A stretch of 64,000 nucleotides of DNA, from assembly GCA_040285825.1 (NCBI GenBank), contig JAUPSS010000002.1:1674001-1738000 (forward strand). The letters run 5' to 3'. Position 1 is the first letter of the stretch, and the number at the start of each line of letters is the position of its first letter. The notes under the pieces are model-generated. The model did not search any database and was not told the DNA's origin. It saw nothing but the letters and a program-made list of their open reading frames with translations. This document shows positions 38,424 through 50,008 of the stretch, piece by piece. This DNA is from Eukaryota sp. TZLM1-RC (taxonomy: Eukaryota > Protista > Metamonada: BaSk clade). Both the position numbers and the translations under genes were made by a program.

Positions 38424-39848
38424 CTATCCAAATCTCACAGTGAAGAATGAATTACCGCCTCCAAATCCACCAAAAGGATTGCCACCACCAAAAGGATTAC
38501 CTCTAAAAGCATGACCTCCTCCATGGCCACCACTCCTACTGACATCATACTCCCTCCTAGATTCTTCGTCAGAAAGGACAGAATAAGCTTCAGAAAGTTC
38601 CTGATATAAGGCTTCTGATTCCTCTCTTTTGCCATCATCAGTAACCTTATCTGGATGTAACTCTATTGCTTTCTTCTTGTAGGCCTTCCGTATTTCAGCC
38701 TGTGATGCATCCTTTGACACCCCCAATATTTTATAATAATCTTTATCAGAATACTTTGAACTAGCAGATTGTCTTTCGTGTTGGGCATGTTGGTAACGTT
38801 GCCTGGCTTCCATATTCATTGGATCCATTTGCAGGATTTCTTGAAGTGTTGACATCATATTTGATTGATCACCAACAATGTCAAAAGCCTCCACAAGTTT
38901 CAGCAAGTTCTCAACAGTCTTATCTCTATTGACTAGCTTTTTACAGGCATCTACTGCTTCCTCTCCCTTTGAAAGTGACACGTAAGCATGACACATCATT
39001 GATTCTAACCGGTCAGCAATAGCTGATGGTGGCTGGGAGTCTATTCCCTTCAATTTAGCAACGTAGCCAACAATATTGTCATATTTCTTCAAGTCAAAAT
39101 CTTTCTGAGCCGAGTCAAGAATTTTCCCCACTTTTTTGACCTTTTTATATAATTTTGACATTTCCTTATTATCTGGATCTCTTTGAAGACCTGTTCTCAG
39201 AACCCTAACAGAATTTTCAACTTGTCCCGACTTGTACATTAATTCAGCTTCTAATAAAAGAGAAGCATCTGAATCAAAATAACCAATTTTTAGAAGTTTT
39301 GAGCAAAACTCTAGAGCAATCTCCTGCTTACCGAGCTTGTCCAGCTGCTGAATATAATGATGAATAACACTCGAGTCAAAAGGAACATCAGAAAGGTAAG
39401 AGTCAATGCGAGAAAGTGAGGTTGACTTGAGAACAGTCTCTCGTGTCCTAGACAATGCCTGAACTTTGGAAGAGGGGAATTCCTTTTCGAAACGAGTCTT
39501 GACAGATGAAGAGAACGTAGAGATGAATGAAGAAAGTTCAGAAAACTGACCACTTTGCAGCAGTAGTCTGGCCTTTCTAAGAGCTGCGTTTGAATGGTTG
39601 GGGTCTAGGGAAAGAGCATTGGTGTAGTCTTCAATGGCAAGAGATATTCTGGTTTGGGAATGATAGACTGTACCTCGTTTGACAAAAATAGAAGCAGAAG
39701 GATGAAGCTCAAGGGCTTTTGAGTAGTGTGAGAGAGCAGTAGTAAACGCCCCCAAACGAAAGGCTTGATCACCATCTGCTACTGGGTCTGCTGAGGAAAA
39801 CTGTACAAGAAGAACCGTAGAAAGAAGTATATGCAGAAGTATATGCAT
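38424..39848 (-). CDS. DNAJC3: ER co-chaperone P58IPK (signal peptide, TPR repeats, J domain)
   Basis: Hydrophobic N-terminus, TPR repeats, DYYKILGV..HPDK, G/F-rich tail. Confidence 0.88.
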   Translation of the reverse strand: MHILLHILLSTVLLVQFSSADPVADGDQAFRLGAFTTALSHYSKALELHPSASIFVKRGTVYHSQTRISLAIEDYTNALSLDPNHSNAALRKARLLLQSGQFSELSSFISTFSSSVKTRFEKEFPSSKVQALSRTRETVLKSTSLSRIDSYLSDVPFDSSVIHHYIQQLDKLGKQEIALEFCSKLLKIGYFDSDASLLLEAELMYKSGQVENSVRVLRTGLQRDPDNKEMSKLYKKVKKVGKILDSAQKDFDLKKYDNIVGYVAKLKGIDSQPPSAIADRLESMMCHAYVSLSKGEEAVDACKKLVNRDKTVENLLKLVEAFDIVGDQSNMMSTLQEILQMDPMNMEARQRYQHAQHERQSASSKYSDKDYYKILGVSKDASQAEIRKAYKKKAIELHPDKVTDDGKREESEALYQELSEAYSVLSDEESRREYDVSRSGGHGGGHAFRGNPFGGGNPFGGFGGGNSFFTVRFG

Positions 39849-40466
39849 TGACAGTTTGAGAGGATGCAGAAATTAAGAATACAAACTTCAACAAATTTTG
39901 TTGAAGTGCCAACACGTCACTTGTATCGATCACTCCCTAATTTGCGTTTTTGTTTGAAAAAACTCCAGTACAATCGTGTTGAATTGTATGAAACTTTGCA
40001 TTATGAAGTAAAACATACAAGGGTCAATAGACATGGCATCTAAACTGTTGAAGCGTCCATTTGAGCCAAGAATCACCAAATCACCATTTGTCAGACTCAT
40101 AGAAGCTTTAATGTAATGAGTACTACCAATGTTAGGGTCTTCGAGAATCAATTCAATGAAATTGATTGGAAACTTAGAAAACCTGCGAACAACATTAATC
40201 ACTGATTGTCTGGCTGGTCCAAATTTATTCGCAACATCAGTCATAATTAAATAAAATTTTATTGAAAATTCAGTACGTGGAGCTTTAGTTGTGTATGTGA
40301 TATTTCCAGTTTTATTTGTTGTTTATTAAATCAAATGAAATGATAAAAATGATGGGTGGTTCTCAATGAGTTGTTCACTGAGTAGAACACATCATTGCTC
40401 CCATAATTGAAAAACAAAACTTAAGTCAACTTTACAATAAACATATCAAATCAATAAACAAACTAA

Positions 40467-41693
40467 CTAATTAACAAATTGAAGAGCACATAGACAAACC
40501 CCAATCAAAATGATACAAGAATGTCCCACCGTGCTGAAGAAACCCAACTCACCATTCCTCTTTAATATAGTCATGTGGGAGAGGGCAGGAAAACCATAAC
40601 TATAGATGAGACCAGAAATGGCCCCGAAAAACCTCAACAAATCTCCAATATTAGGATACCAAATGGAAAAGGAAGTTCCTATTAAAACAACACTACATGA
40701 AAGAAAAACCATAAGAAACTTTGAAGGGGTGCTGGTACAAAATAACCCAAACAAAGACTCCCTTATTACAAAGACCAATATCGGATAAACCAATAATATT
40801 TGAAAAATTAATAAAACTCTGGAAATTGTGCCTAAAATGTCACAAGGTTCTAAAATTTCTAACCAATTTTGTTTCATTTCATCTTTATAAGCCAAATGGC
40901 CGACAGAGCCTGTGAAGAGGTAGCAAAACGCAGTAACAACGTAAGCTAATCCCAAGTTCCTACTCATATTTTGAGGAATTTTCTGATTCCCTTTTATGGT
41001 AATTACCAGATTATGAATAAAGAACGCCAACATAAGTAACCCTGCCAAGTTTTGAACATGCGGCCCCTTTTGCATTACAACATCAAGATTCAGTTCAATA
41101 CCTTTATCAAAACTCTTGACCCCTACGGTGAACATGACAAACAACACCGAAAAAAACCCATAAGAAGACAAGGAAACCAAAAGACTGACCTCACGAAGAT
41201 TGGATAAAGGGAGAAGAAAGATGAGAAGAACAACAGGAGTTAACCTCCTTACCACCGAGAGATCAAAATAGGGAGATCCATAAATCCATATTTGGGCTGC
41301 ATTGAATACCCCGGCAGCGTCATCAGCTAGAATAACACAATAAGAGATGGATGCACCAATGACAATCAATGCACCTGCACAACGAGCTACTTTCCCAGCC
41401 CATGCCCCATAGAGGTCAGTGAGGAGGTCTGCAAAATCAGTGTAATTGGTAGTGTGCTTACTAATTAACAGACAAGTGTAGAAACAAATCAATCCAATAA
41501 AGACAGCAATGAACCATCCATATAAAAGACCAGATTCAGTTAATCCCCAAGGTAAGGCTAGAACAGAGGAACCAAGCATTGTGGAAGTGATAGAGAAAAT
41601 GGCGACAATAGCCCCTTGTTTTCCGGAAGTTGAGGCTGATTTGATCAGGGGAAGATCTGTCTCATCAAGATGGAGACCAAGTTCAGTAGACAT
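40467..41693 (-). CDS. SLC38A9-like amino acid transporter
   Basis: STMLGSSVLALPWG and LMLAFFIHNLVITI..RNLGLAY match SLC38A9 blocks; multi-pass membrane protein. Confidence 0.8.
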   Translation of the reverse strand: MSTELGLHLDETDLPLIKSASTSGKQGAIVAIFSITSTMLGSSVLALPWGLTESGLLYGWFIAVFIGLICFYTCLLISKHTTNYTDFADLLTDLYGAWAGKVARCAGALIVIGASISYCVILADDAAGVFNAAQIWIYGSPYFDLSVVRRLTPVVLLIFLLPLSNLREVSLLVSLSSYGFFSVLFVMFTVGVKSFDKGIELNLDVVMQKGPHVQNLAGLLMLAFFIHNLVITIKGNQKIPQNMSRNLGLAYVVTAFCYLFTGSVGHLAYKDEMKQNWLEILEPCDILGTISRVLLIFQILLVYPILVFVIRESLFGLFCTSTPSKFLMVFLSCSVVLIGTSFSIWYPNIGDLLRFFGAISGLIYSYGFPALSHMTILKRNGELGFFSTVGHSCIILIGVCLCALQFVN

Positions 41694-41735
41694 CCGTTAA
41701 TAGCACTCTAATGCCAAATAGTAACTCGTTGAGAT
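41694..41735 (-). ncRNA. Orphan copy of the Fz-b 3'-end motif abutting the transporter ATG
   Basis: 32 of 42 aligned positions match 32568-32612 with one 3-nt gap; same register relative to the ATG. Confidence 0.6.
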
Positions 41736-42273
41736 GTAACCTATTGGATGTCAGATTCCAACTCTACAATTCAACTGTAATTTGAATCAATTTTGGGTCC
41801 ATGCACCCGAAATTTCACCTCCCCCTCCCGATGTCTTGTTGTTGCCTGATTGTAGTGAGGTGTAAAATATTTGTAAACATATTTTTTTTATTTACTGTAT
41901 TTTAAACTCGAATGACATAATTCAAATCCATAAATATATTAATCTTTTGTCAGTTTAACCAATATACCTTCCATTATCTCCATGTATTTCAAGAGTTCCA
42001 AATTTCAAAAAAAGCATTACTCTCAACACCAAATAAACTACCACTGTGATCAAGTTTGGTATTGAACTTTATTAGACTGCTTTCAACATTTTGACATACT
42101 TTACTCCATCAGATAGTGTGAGAAATTTCATTTGGGTATTTCATGGAGAGCATAAAATTCAAATTTAAAAACAGCAAACAATTGTCCTCCTTTACACTAC
42201 CAAAAACGATAGAAAATGAATGCACAAAAGGCCAAAAAACACCAGCTGATGAAGGAGAACAGTTAAGGAGATG

Positions 42274-42480
42274 CATTTGAAACTCAGGAAGAGGAAGTGG
42301 AGGTGGAGGTGGGAAAGCGCCAGTGGGAGGACCATCAAGGGGTGTAGCTGAAGGGAATGGCGCAGCAGAAGTTTTTGACGCAGCTTATGATGGACGATCT
42401 GCAATAGACTCGAGTTTAGACTCAAGAATAACCAGGAATGCCTCTACAGACTGTCTTTTGCTAGCTATCTCCGCTAATGG
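42274..42480 (-). pseudogene. Gene fragment resembling WASH complex subunit CCDC53/WASHC3
   Basis: LAEIASKRQSVEAFLVILESKLESI followed by an in-frame TAA and a Pro-rich tail. Confidence 0.4.
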
Positions 42481-42489
42481 AAAGTTTTT

Positions 42490-43205
42490 GGTGGGAAGAA
42501 AGAAATGAATGTTGTGACTTTTATTGGTAACATGAACTGAATAAAGAAATTAAATTTAAAAATAGTTATTGAACATGCACACTTAATTAGATCAATTCAT
42601 AACTAATGGGACGAATATCATTGAACCAAGATTTTCTCTACAAAATCATGATCTGCTTGATGTCTAGCTAAAGCTTCTCTTATTCGGTTGAAAAACCCAG
42701 GTAATCTATTAATAATATCAAATTGAATCCGAAAGCACCATAAAAAAATATCAAATCTTTTCATTGTTTTAAATTAAATTCTGATAACTTTACAAATTCA
42801 TTGAATCTACAAACACCCTAAACTAAACAAACAACTGCTTTGACTAACAACAACTTCATCAAACTTTACATCACATTATTAATTATAGGAAAAAAGATGA
42901 CGCACTGAACGAAACCTATAATCTCTATAATAGAAAGCCAACAGTTTCACCAAGATCACTGGCGAACTTAGATATAGTTGAACGAGGAGCAAAAGGTTCT
43001 TCGTCAAGTAGGGAAAGAAATGGGAAGGAAAAAACGGGTGTTGTGACCTGTTTTGGTAACATGTTTGTACTGAATCAAGGAATTAAAATGTGAAACTTTA
43101 CGAATTTATTGAATCTACAAACACCCTTGATTGAACGAACAACTGCTTTGACTAACATCAATTTCATCAAATTTCACATCAGTTTACTATTTTTAGGAAA
43201 GAAAA
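42490..43205. repeat. Diverged tandem duplication (~190 bp unit); first unit interrupted by a family A 3' fragment (42565-42770, minus)
   Basis: ttgtgac..ggtaacatg..attgaatctacaaacaccct..acaactgctttgactaaca occurs twice; aaattaaatt flanks the A fragment. Confidence 0.8.
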
Positions 43206-43379
43206 CAATTAAAGCAGGTCCAGTATCTATTATAAATGTGTCTATATAGCAAGTTGTCCATGTTTAATTGCTTTGTGGATGTAATGAGTTGAAAATAAAC
43301 CAAATTTTAAAAGTAACTGAAACTGAGAAATCAATCATTTCTGATTGTTTGCACCTTCCGTTTTCAGTAAGTTCTAAGC

Positions 43380-45395
43380 AGTCATTGACACGTTCCTGCT
43401 GCCTTCATCAGTTCTTTGAGCGACGAGTGTGTGATTATATTGATGGACAGCTGTCCAAGGTGACCACCATGGCTCACCTCGGCAGTTTGCTGGCCACAGT
43501 TTTTGCTGTGCGCTTTCCTGAAAACAGTCGTGTCCTGACCAGCATCAATTCTGTATCCAGTGTCTTGACTTTGTGGCGGTCTTTGAGCCAACAGTCAGAC
43601 GTCAATTCAACAGACCTGGCAAATGCCATGTGTATGAGAAGCTCCAGCGAATCTCTACTTCATGGCCGTTTGCTGTCTTGTTCATTTCAAGAAAAGGTCA
43701 TAATCATGTGCCACCCACTAGTAGGCCTCTCCAACAACAAATGGATGCAAAGTGTCGCCAGTTGCAAGGCAACTATTAGCAGCTTCTAGCTGATGGTCTT
43801 GTGTCTTTTAAGCTCAAGTTCTTCCGCTCGTATGCAGTCGGTCATAACTGCCCTGCACCAGCCACTTAAGCTTGCTGTGTATTTCACAACAACACGAACT
43901 TTCGGTAACCTCTTCTTTCTTGGTTCAACACACAGCATACATTGGCAGTCACTCTATTTAATTTCTTGGTGGGTGATCCTCAAAGGTACAAAACTCTTCT
44001 TTCGTCCCGAAAAGTAACCCTTAATCAACAATATACGGTATCGTGCTGATTTTGATGGAAGAATATTTAAATTATATTTGGATGAATATTGTGTGATTGA
44101 TGTGTATAATGATATTAATTGGAAAGCAATTGAAGAATATGCTAAATATGATGGTGGATATTATTCAGCTTTTACTAAATTGCAATTACCATATTTTGAT
44201 TTAAAAGAATTTAGAAGAAATACACGAACGGTACCTACATCTTTGAGTGCGGATTTACAATCCAAAACCACCTGGAGCAAGCCTTTCCACATACCTTCAG
44301 ACGACAGAGTTTCACCCCTATCGCTAGCTTGAAGCCTGCTTTTGTCCCCTTTTCCACATGGGTTCTCAACCAATCTATCTCCAAAAACACATCACAAACA
44401 ATTTTGAAAAACCCTTATTTATTTTTTAAAACAAAAGCTAATGACTACACCATGTCTTCTAATGGTGATAGTGTCCGTATAACTTTCAAACCGCACCCCA
44501 AAGCAACACGAGTGAGATTGTCTGGAGAAGCCTTGATTGATAAGAGATCTAGAGGAGAACTTGATTACTACGAAACCACTCGGAATAGAAAACGTACCTT
44601 ACAAGCCAAAGTTGAACGGCCACGACCTCGCCAGAAACCAAAAGCTACTGAGTGGCAGGCACCTGATGACCAAACGGAAATGGTGTTCTATACCATCGAC
44701 CCCAACCACTCAAATCTATGTGGTTCCAGTATTGGAACACGTTCAGGGCCGACCGTATTTAATATCTTCTTGGCACCAAAGCAACGAAAAATCAATCACT
44801 CCGCTTCACTGACCCACACATCAATAGATGTTTATGACGTGTAGAAATTGAACCATTATCTGCTTGAAATATCCACTATCGGTGACTATAAGGATTATGA
44901 AGGTAATAACGTAAGACGATCATTGCTAAAACAGCAATTATATCTGAGTGCTGGAAAAGCATTGAGGAGAAACACATTTGACTTCTTTATAAGAAAACAG
45001 AAAAGATTCAGCTCAATTATCAACAAAGTGAAAAAAATTGAAGATGGTCGAGAAGTAAAGGTGTGGTTTGGCAATGGAGTGGTACATCACGTCAAAAAGT
45101 GAAACCTCCACGCAAGGCGTTTTTCAAGTTGTTACAATGTTCATTTGCTAATGTGGAGATCGGAGATGAATATATGACATCTGCAAAGGTGAACTGCAGC
45201 AAGATGCTACACCAAAAGACCTATCGAGAAGTAGAAAGTGAAGTTAAAGTTCACAACGCCTATTTCAGTTGTCCGGAATATAATCAAGTTTGGTCTAGAG
45301 ACATCTCTGCATCACTAAATCTGCTAGAAATTGCAACTAGTGAGCACCACTATGGAACAAGATCAGAAGCATTCCAGAGACCACAAAGAAACTAG
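43380..45395 (+). pseudogene. Fanzor family Fz-a, frameshifted (5' limit uncertain)
   Basis: SSNGDSV, TIDPNHSNL (RuvC-I), WFGNG, GDEYMTS (RuvC-II), CPEY..WSRDISASLN (RuvC-III). Confidence 0.8.
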
Positions 45396-45544
45396 CTTCA
45401 AAGTTACGTATTGTTCTAGAGGAGAAATGGGCTCACTGAGATTGGTGGCCAATTATTCGAGGATTCTAGAACGTCTGTGGACGATCTCACCAAGAATGAT
45501 GGTTGACGAAAGTATGTATTTTGAACAAAAACCACAATTCTCAC

Positions 45545-45955
45545 CAATTTCCATGAATCTCCGCAACTTCAGAACTCTTAATGTCTTATCACAGTAGAAG
45601 GCTCCAACATGTTTTTGCCTTGCTGTTCAAAGGGAAGTTTTCATGGTTCAGAATTTGCATCATTCAATTCCTGTTCTCATTCCTTAACCGTTTTGTATTG
45701 ATAAATCCTTGTTTTCTTAGCATTGTGATAGAATTTTGATGGCCTTTTTCTGATTTTTATCTTCTTCTTTAGGAAGTGTTGAACCCCTTAAATGTATATT
45801 CCTTTAGTTTTGTTTGCTTGTTTTCTTGCGGAGAAGGAGGACTTCGTTTTGGTCTGTAGTCTACAATCTTTTGGTTTGCTTTTTGTCTTTTCTCGTTCTG
45901 TTTATAAAATCTCTATTTATTCCTTTGTTTTATTCATGGTGCTATTCCTCCCATT
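45545..45955 (-). pseudogene. Fanzor Fz-b internal fragment lying inside the Fz-a 3' region
   Basis: Colinear nucleotide similarity with 33075-33510. Confidence 0.7.
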
Positions 45956-45974
45956 CTAATTTTCAATTTCCAAC

Positions 45975-46040
45975 TATCATTTATTGATAGATCTGAAGTG
46001 CATGCAAAACGTCTATGTAAATCGCATGATTTGCACAAAA
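45975..46040 (+). ncRNA. Candidate Fz-a omega-RNA / right end
   Basis: tgatagatct-aagtg..tgc..aacgtctat..gc.tga.ttg..caaaa shared with 60228-60291 (minus). Confidence 0.5.
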
Positions 46041-46156
46041 ATGAAAATCATAATTTTTTGAAAATGACAATTTAGGTGCAATTAAGGTGTATCTCCAACC
46101 TAATTCACCTCCTTTGATAGTAAATTCCAAACTTCCAACAATCCCGAACCTATTTC

Positions 46157-47629
46157 ATGATGCTGACTTTATTTTTACTATTTCTAACTACTAGCATTGC
46201 CTACGATAGTGCTTGTCATCATTGTGACCATGATATTTTAGTAAGCGTTTTGGAAACTTTTCCTGTTCTCTACCCCACTTCTACGTCTTATGTCTGTACT
46301 GAAAACGAGGCTATCGCCATAATGCACGAGAATCTCGATTTCTTCTTTTCTCACCATCAAATCTCTTCTCCCAATCAAACTGAAATTCTAATCTTCCCTG
46401 AAGAAGCTTTGTTTGGAGATGAATTTGAACCAGAACACCGGATCCACTGGGATTTATTACAAAACTTTCAAATTGAATTACCTCACTATTCATCCCTTGG
46501 TCTTTCTCTCTGCCCAACATCATCTTCTAATCCTAATCAAGAACTTTATCACCATCCCATATTGGTTCACATTGCCTGTGAAGCCAAACATCGTGGTACC
46601 TGGACAACACTTAATCTAGCTGACTTTGACCCTGTAAAACAACAGAGGTACAATACCATCATAATCATTGACAATCAGGGACGATTCCAAGGAAAGTACC
46701 ATAAGCGACACTTATTTCCTGATGATTTAAATCTTTTTTCACCTGGAGAAGACAGAGTAGAAATTGTAGAGATTAATGGAAAAAAGTTTGGTTTTTTGAT
46801 TTGTTTTGATATTTTCTTTGTTCAACCGATAAAGGAATTGGTTAGCAAAGGAGTTGAGGATGTTATTTACACCACTTACTGGGTTAATTATGCACATGTA
46901 CCTTACATTTCAGCTGTAACCATTCAACAGGCTTTCAGTAGAGTTTATGGAGTCAGGGTTTATGCTTCCAATATGAATGTAGGATACTATCATAGTGGTA
47001 GTGGTATCTACGATTCAGGGAGACCAATTGCTTATACCTTCAACACAAACAAAGGAGAAAAGGTGACAAGGGTGTTGCGATCTGATGGTCAAGTTGAAGG
47101 AATTAGAAACCCCAGATCTTCCATGAAACAAAAAGAGAGAAAAAGACGACCCATTACAAGAGACGATAACGCTAAGTTACATGTTGAACCCTTTATAGCA
47201 AGACCAAAGAATAGTCACTCTTTTAGGTATGATCTAACAGACAATGGTGAAACTCTTGTTGGATGTGAACTTAACATAACTATTGAAAACACTCGAGGCA
47301 ATGAGACTTTTGCTTTCATCGTGTATTCAGGGCTGCTGGTAGATCTAGTTCCTGTCCAACTGTGTGGTCTTATACGCTGCACAAATCCTTCTTCGTGTTT
47401 TACAAATGACTTTGAAATTAATACTTCAACTTCATTTGCCAGCTTTGATTTGGCATCTACATTTGAGCAAGGGAAAGAGTCCACCCCCGCTTTTCCTTTA
47501 ATTGCGACTGACAATGCACAGTTACTTGAAGTTGATACTTTTGATAGTGATTATGAAACCAAACTGATATTGAGAAGGAAAAACTCTGTGTTGTTGAATG
47601 CTTTTTTACTAAAATCTTTTGAAAATTAA
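46157..47629 (+). CDS. Vanin/biotinidase-family amidase (nitrilase superfamily), secreted
   Basis: Signal peptide; catalytic E (FPEE), K (YHKRHL), C (LICFDIFF); QLCGLIRC vanin C-domain. Confidence 0.88.
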   Translation: MMLTLFLLFLTTSIAYDSACHHCDHDILVSVLETFPVLYPTSTSYVCTENEAIAIMHENLDFFFSHHQISSPNQTEILIFPEEALFGDEFEPEHRIHWDLLQNFQIELPHYSSLGLSLCPTSSSNPNQELYHHPILVHIACEAKHRGTWTTLNLADFDPVKQQRYNTIIIIDNQGRFQGKYHKRHLFPDDLNLFSPGEDRVEIVEINGKKFGFLICFDIFFVQPIKELVSKGVEDVIYTTYWVNYAHVPYISAVTIQQAFSRVYGVRVYASNMNVGYYHSGSGIYDSGRPIAYTFNTNKGEKVTRVLRSDGQVEGIRNPRSSMKQKERKRRPITRDDNAKLHVEPFIARPKNSHSFRYDLTDNGETLVGCELNITIENTRGNETFAFIVYSGLLVDLVPVQLCGLIRCTNPSSCFTNDFEINTSTSFASFDLASTFEQGKESTPAFPLIATDNAQLLEVDTFDSDYETKLILRRKNSVLLNAFLLKSFEN

Positions 47630-47839
47630 TCTATTAAATATACAAAATTGAATTTTTCAGCATCATTCAATTGTTGTACAAGTTCAGTAGTGTTATTCAA
47701 GATTTGTTTCTCAATAAACATGAGTAAGAGGACAGTTTTTCTATTGATTTTCATTATTTTGGTGATGTATTACATCATGATTTGGTCCAACAAACGACCT
47801 TCCCACCAGCATTTATTTACTACGGAAAATACCAATTAA

Positions 47840-48748
47840 TCACTCAATTCTACACCAGTCAACCTTCAATGTTGGTTCTTCTCTATTGAGTTCATTGATA
47901 CTGTCTAGTTCCTCACGAGATAAAGCAAAGGCAGAGTTGAAGTTCTCTTCGATTCGCTCCAAATGGCTACTTTTTGGAATACAGATCATGTTATTGTTGA
48001 TGCACCATGCAATAAGTACTTGACTAGCAGTTTTTTTCCGTTTTTGAGCAATTTGCTGAATAATTGGTTCCTTCACAAGTCGACTTCGGGCTTCTCCTCC
48101 CCCCAGTGGTGAATATGCTGTCACTTGGATATTATTTTGCTTACAAAATTGTCTAATTTCAAGACGCTGACAATAGGGATGTGCTTCAATTTGATTAACA
48201 GCTGGCATTACACCATAGGGAGTATCAATACATTGTTGCATCTGCTTTGGGCCAAAGTTGCTCACTCCTACAGCTTTGCAGAGACCGTCCTTTTGAAGCT
48301 TCGACATTGCTTGCCACGTTTCAACCAAATCTGATTCTACAACTTCTGGTTTACCTTCTTTCAAAGGAAAGACATTTCCTGGGTCATACTTAAAGGCAAC
48401 TGGCCAGTGAACAAGATATAAATCAACAGTTTCCATGTCAAGCATTCGAAGTGATTCGCGATAAGCATCTCGAACAGTGTCCCATGGGCCGTGAAACTGA
48501 TTCCACAGTTTTGTAGTTACAAACACATCATCAACACTTGAGATTGTCTCATCAGCGATTGATTCTTTGATACCTTGTCCGACTTGTTCTTCATTCTCGT
48601 AAACAAAAGCTGTGTCTAAGTGACGATAGCCAACTTTTAGAGCATGGTGAACGCAGCTAGCAGCATCGTCCTTAGAAACCTGCCAAAGACCTAGTCCTAG
48701 TGATGGAATGGATGCACCAGTATTGAGTTGCAGTTTGGGAAAGGTCAT
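47840..48748 (-). CDS. Aldo/keto reductase
   Basis: GYRHLDTAFVYENE, TTKLWN, DLYLVHWP, GVSNF, IPKSS. Confidence 0.95.
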   Translation of the reverse strand: MTFPKLQLNTGASIPSLGLGLWQVSKDDAASCVHHALKVGYRHLDTAFVYENEEQVGQGIKESIADETISSVDDVFVTTKLWNQFHGPWDTVRDAYRESLRMLDMETVDLYLVHWPVAFKYDPGNVFPLKEGKPEVVESDLVETWQAMSKLQKDGLCKAVGVSNFGPKQMQQCIDTPYGVMPAVNQIEAHPYCQRLEIRQFCKQNNIQVTAYSPLGGGEARSRLVKEPIIQQIAQKRKKTASQVLIAWCINNNMICIPKSSHLERIEENFNSAFALSREELDSINELNREEPTLKVDWCRIE

Positions 48749-50008
48749 TCAAAGGTATGCAAAAGCTGAGAGCTTCTGATTTCTCGACCATCTACAGTGG
48801 TGCAATTATGATTAAATTTTGTGTTATATATGCTAAACTTGCTTTGAAAGCTTCTCTCTGGGGAGATCTTCACGGAAAATCCAATGAATTTATTAGAATC
48901 TTCATTCTGAGCAGGTCTTGACCATTTTCCTTATTTGGTGTTCAAAAGGCTTTCTCTTGGTTATCAATTATTAATTACTTATTGAATAAAATCATCGAAG
49001 CTCTGCATTATCCATTAGGTTGGCAGACTGCAGATCGTAAGCCTTTTTATAAGTTGAACAAAAATTAGACTCACTTCTCTTACACATTGTTTATCTTTAT
49101 CTTATTTATCTTATATAACAAACTTTGCCCTAAACCATTTGCTTGTCAATAAAGCACCATCAAAATGTTAAAACGGTTTTTTGCCCGGTATATTTGGTTG
49201 TGTTGAACACTATTTTGTGTTTGAAAGAGCAATTTAAGCTGTCAAATTGAATTTTCGATAAAATTCTATATAATTATGACAGATGTTGCGAATAAATTTG
49301 GGCCAGCCAGACAATCATTGATTAATTTTGCTCTCAGGTTTTCTAGGTTTCCATTCAATTTCATTGAATTGATTAATTCTAATGCTATGTATAGTAACAC
49401 TTGCACCATGTCTTTATAAAAAATGTTGGTTCTACAAATGACAATAATCAATTCTGGAAATCATCTGTCATTTTACCCTCTCAAATATTATTTTCTGGTC
49501 TTCAAAATTTACTGGCTGTTTATTTGCAGCAACACCGTCTATATCGCTATTGACAGGAATAAAGTAATTTCATTTTCTTTGAGGTACTAATATGAGTAGC
49601 TCCTTTTTCCAAAAACATCCTATAAATCAATTCGTTACATTGGATATTGTAGTGAATGATTACCCTGCACTATAATTGATACAAAAAACAAATGCCAAGT
49701 TTTAAATGCAGCACTTCCTCAGTTATCTCAGTTAAATAATCTTCTTTGACTCAACTGCTCAAATAAACCAAATAGTCACATAATTTTTATGACCTAGCTT
49801 TAGATGAACGGACAGTCTTAGTTTTCAGGGTCTATTCAGCATTAAACGACCCTAGCAGCCATACATTTGGTCACATGATTTGAGCATATCAAGTTCTATT
49901 GGATGTATCAATTGCTTATTTTGTTTTTCCTAATCAAAATGGGTAATTTAGAGAAATTTGAGATTGTTTATTGCAGCGGTTAGAAATATTACAATACATT
50001 GTCTCCAT

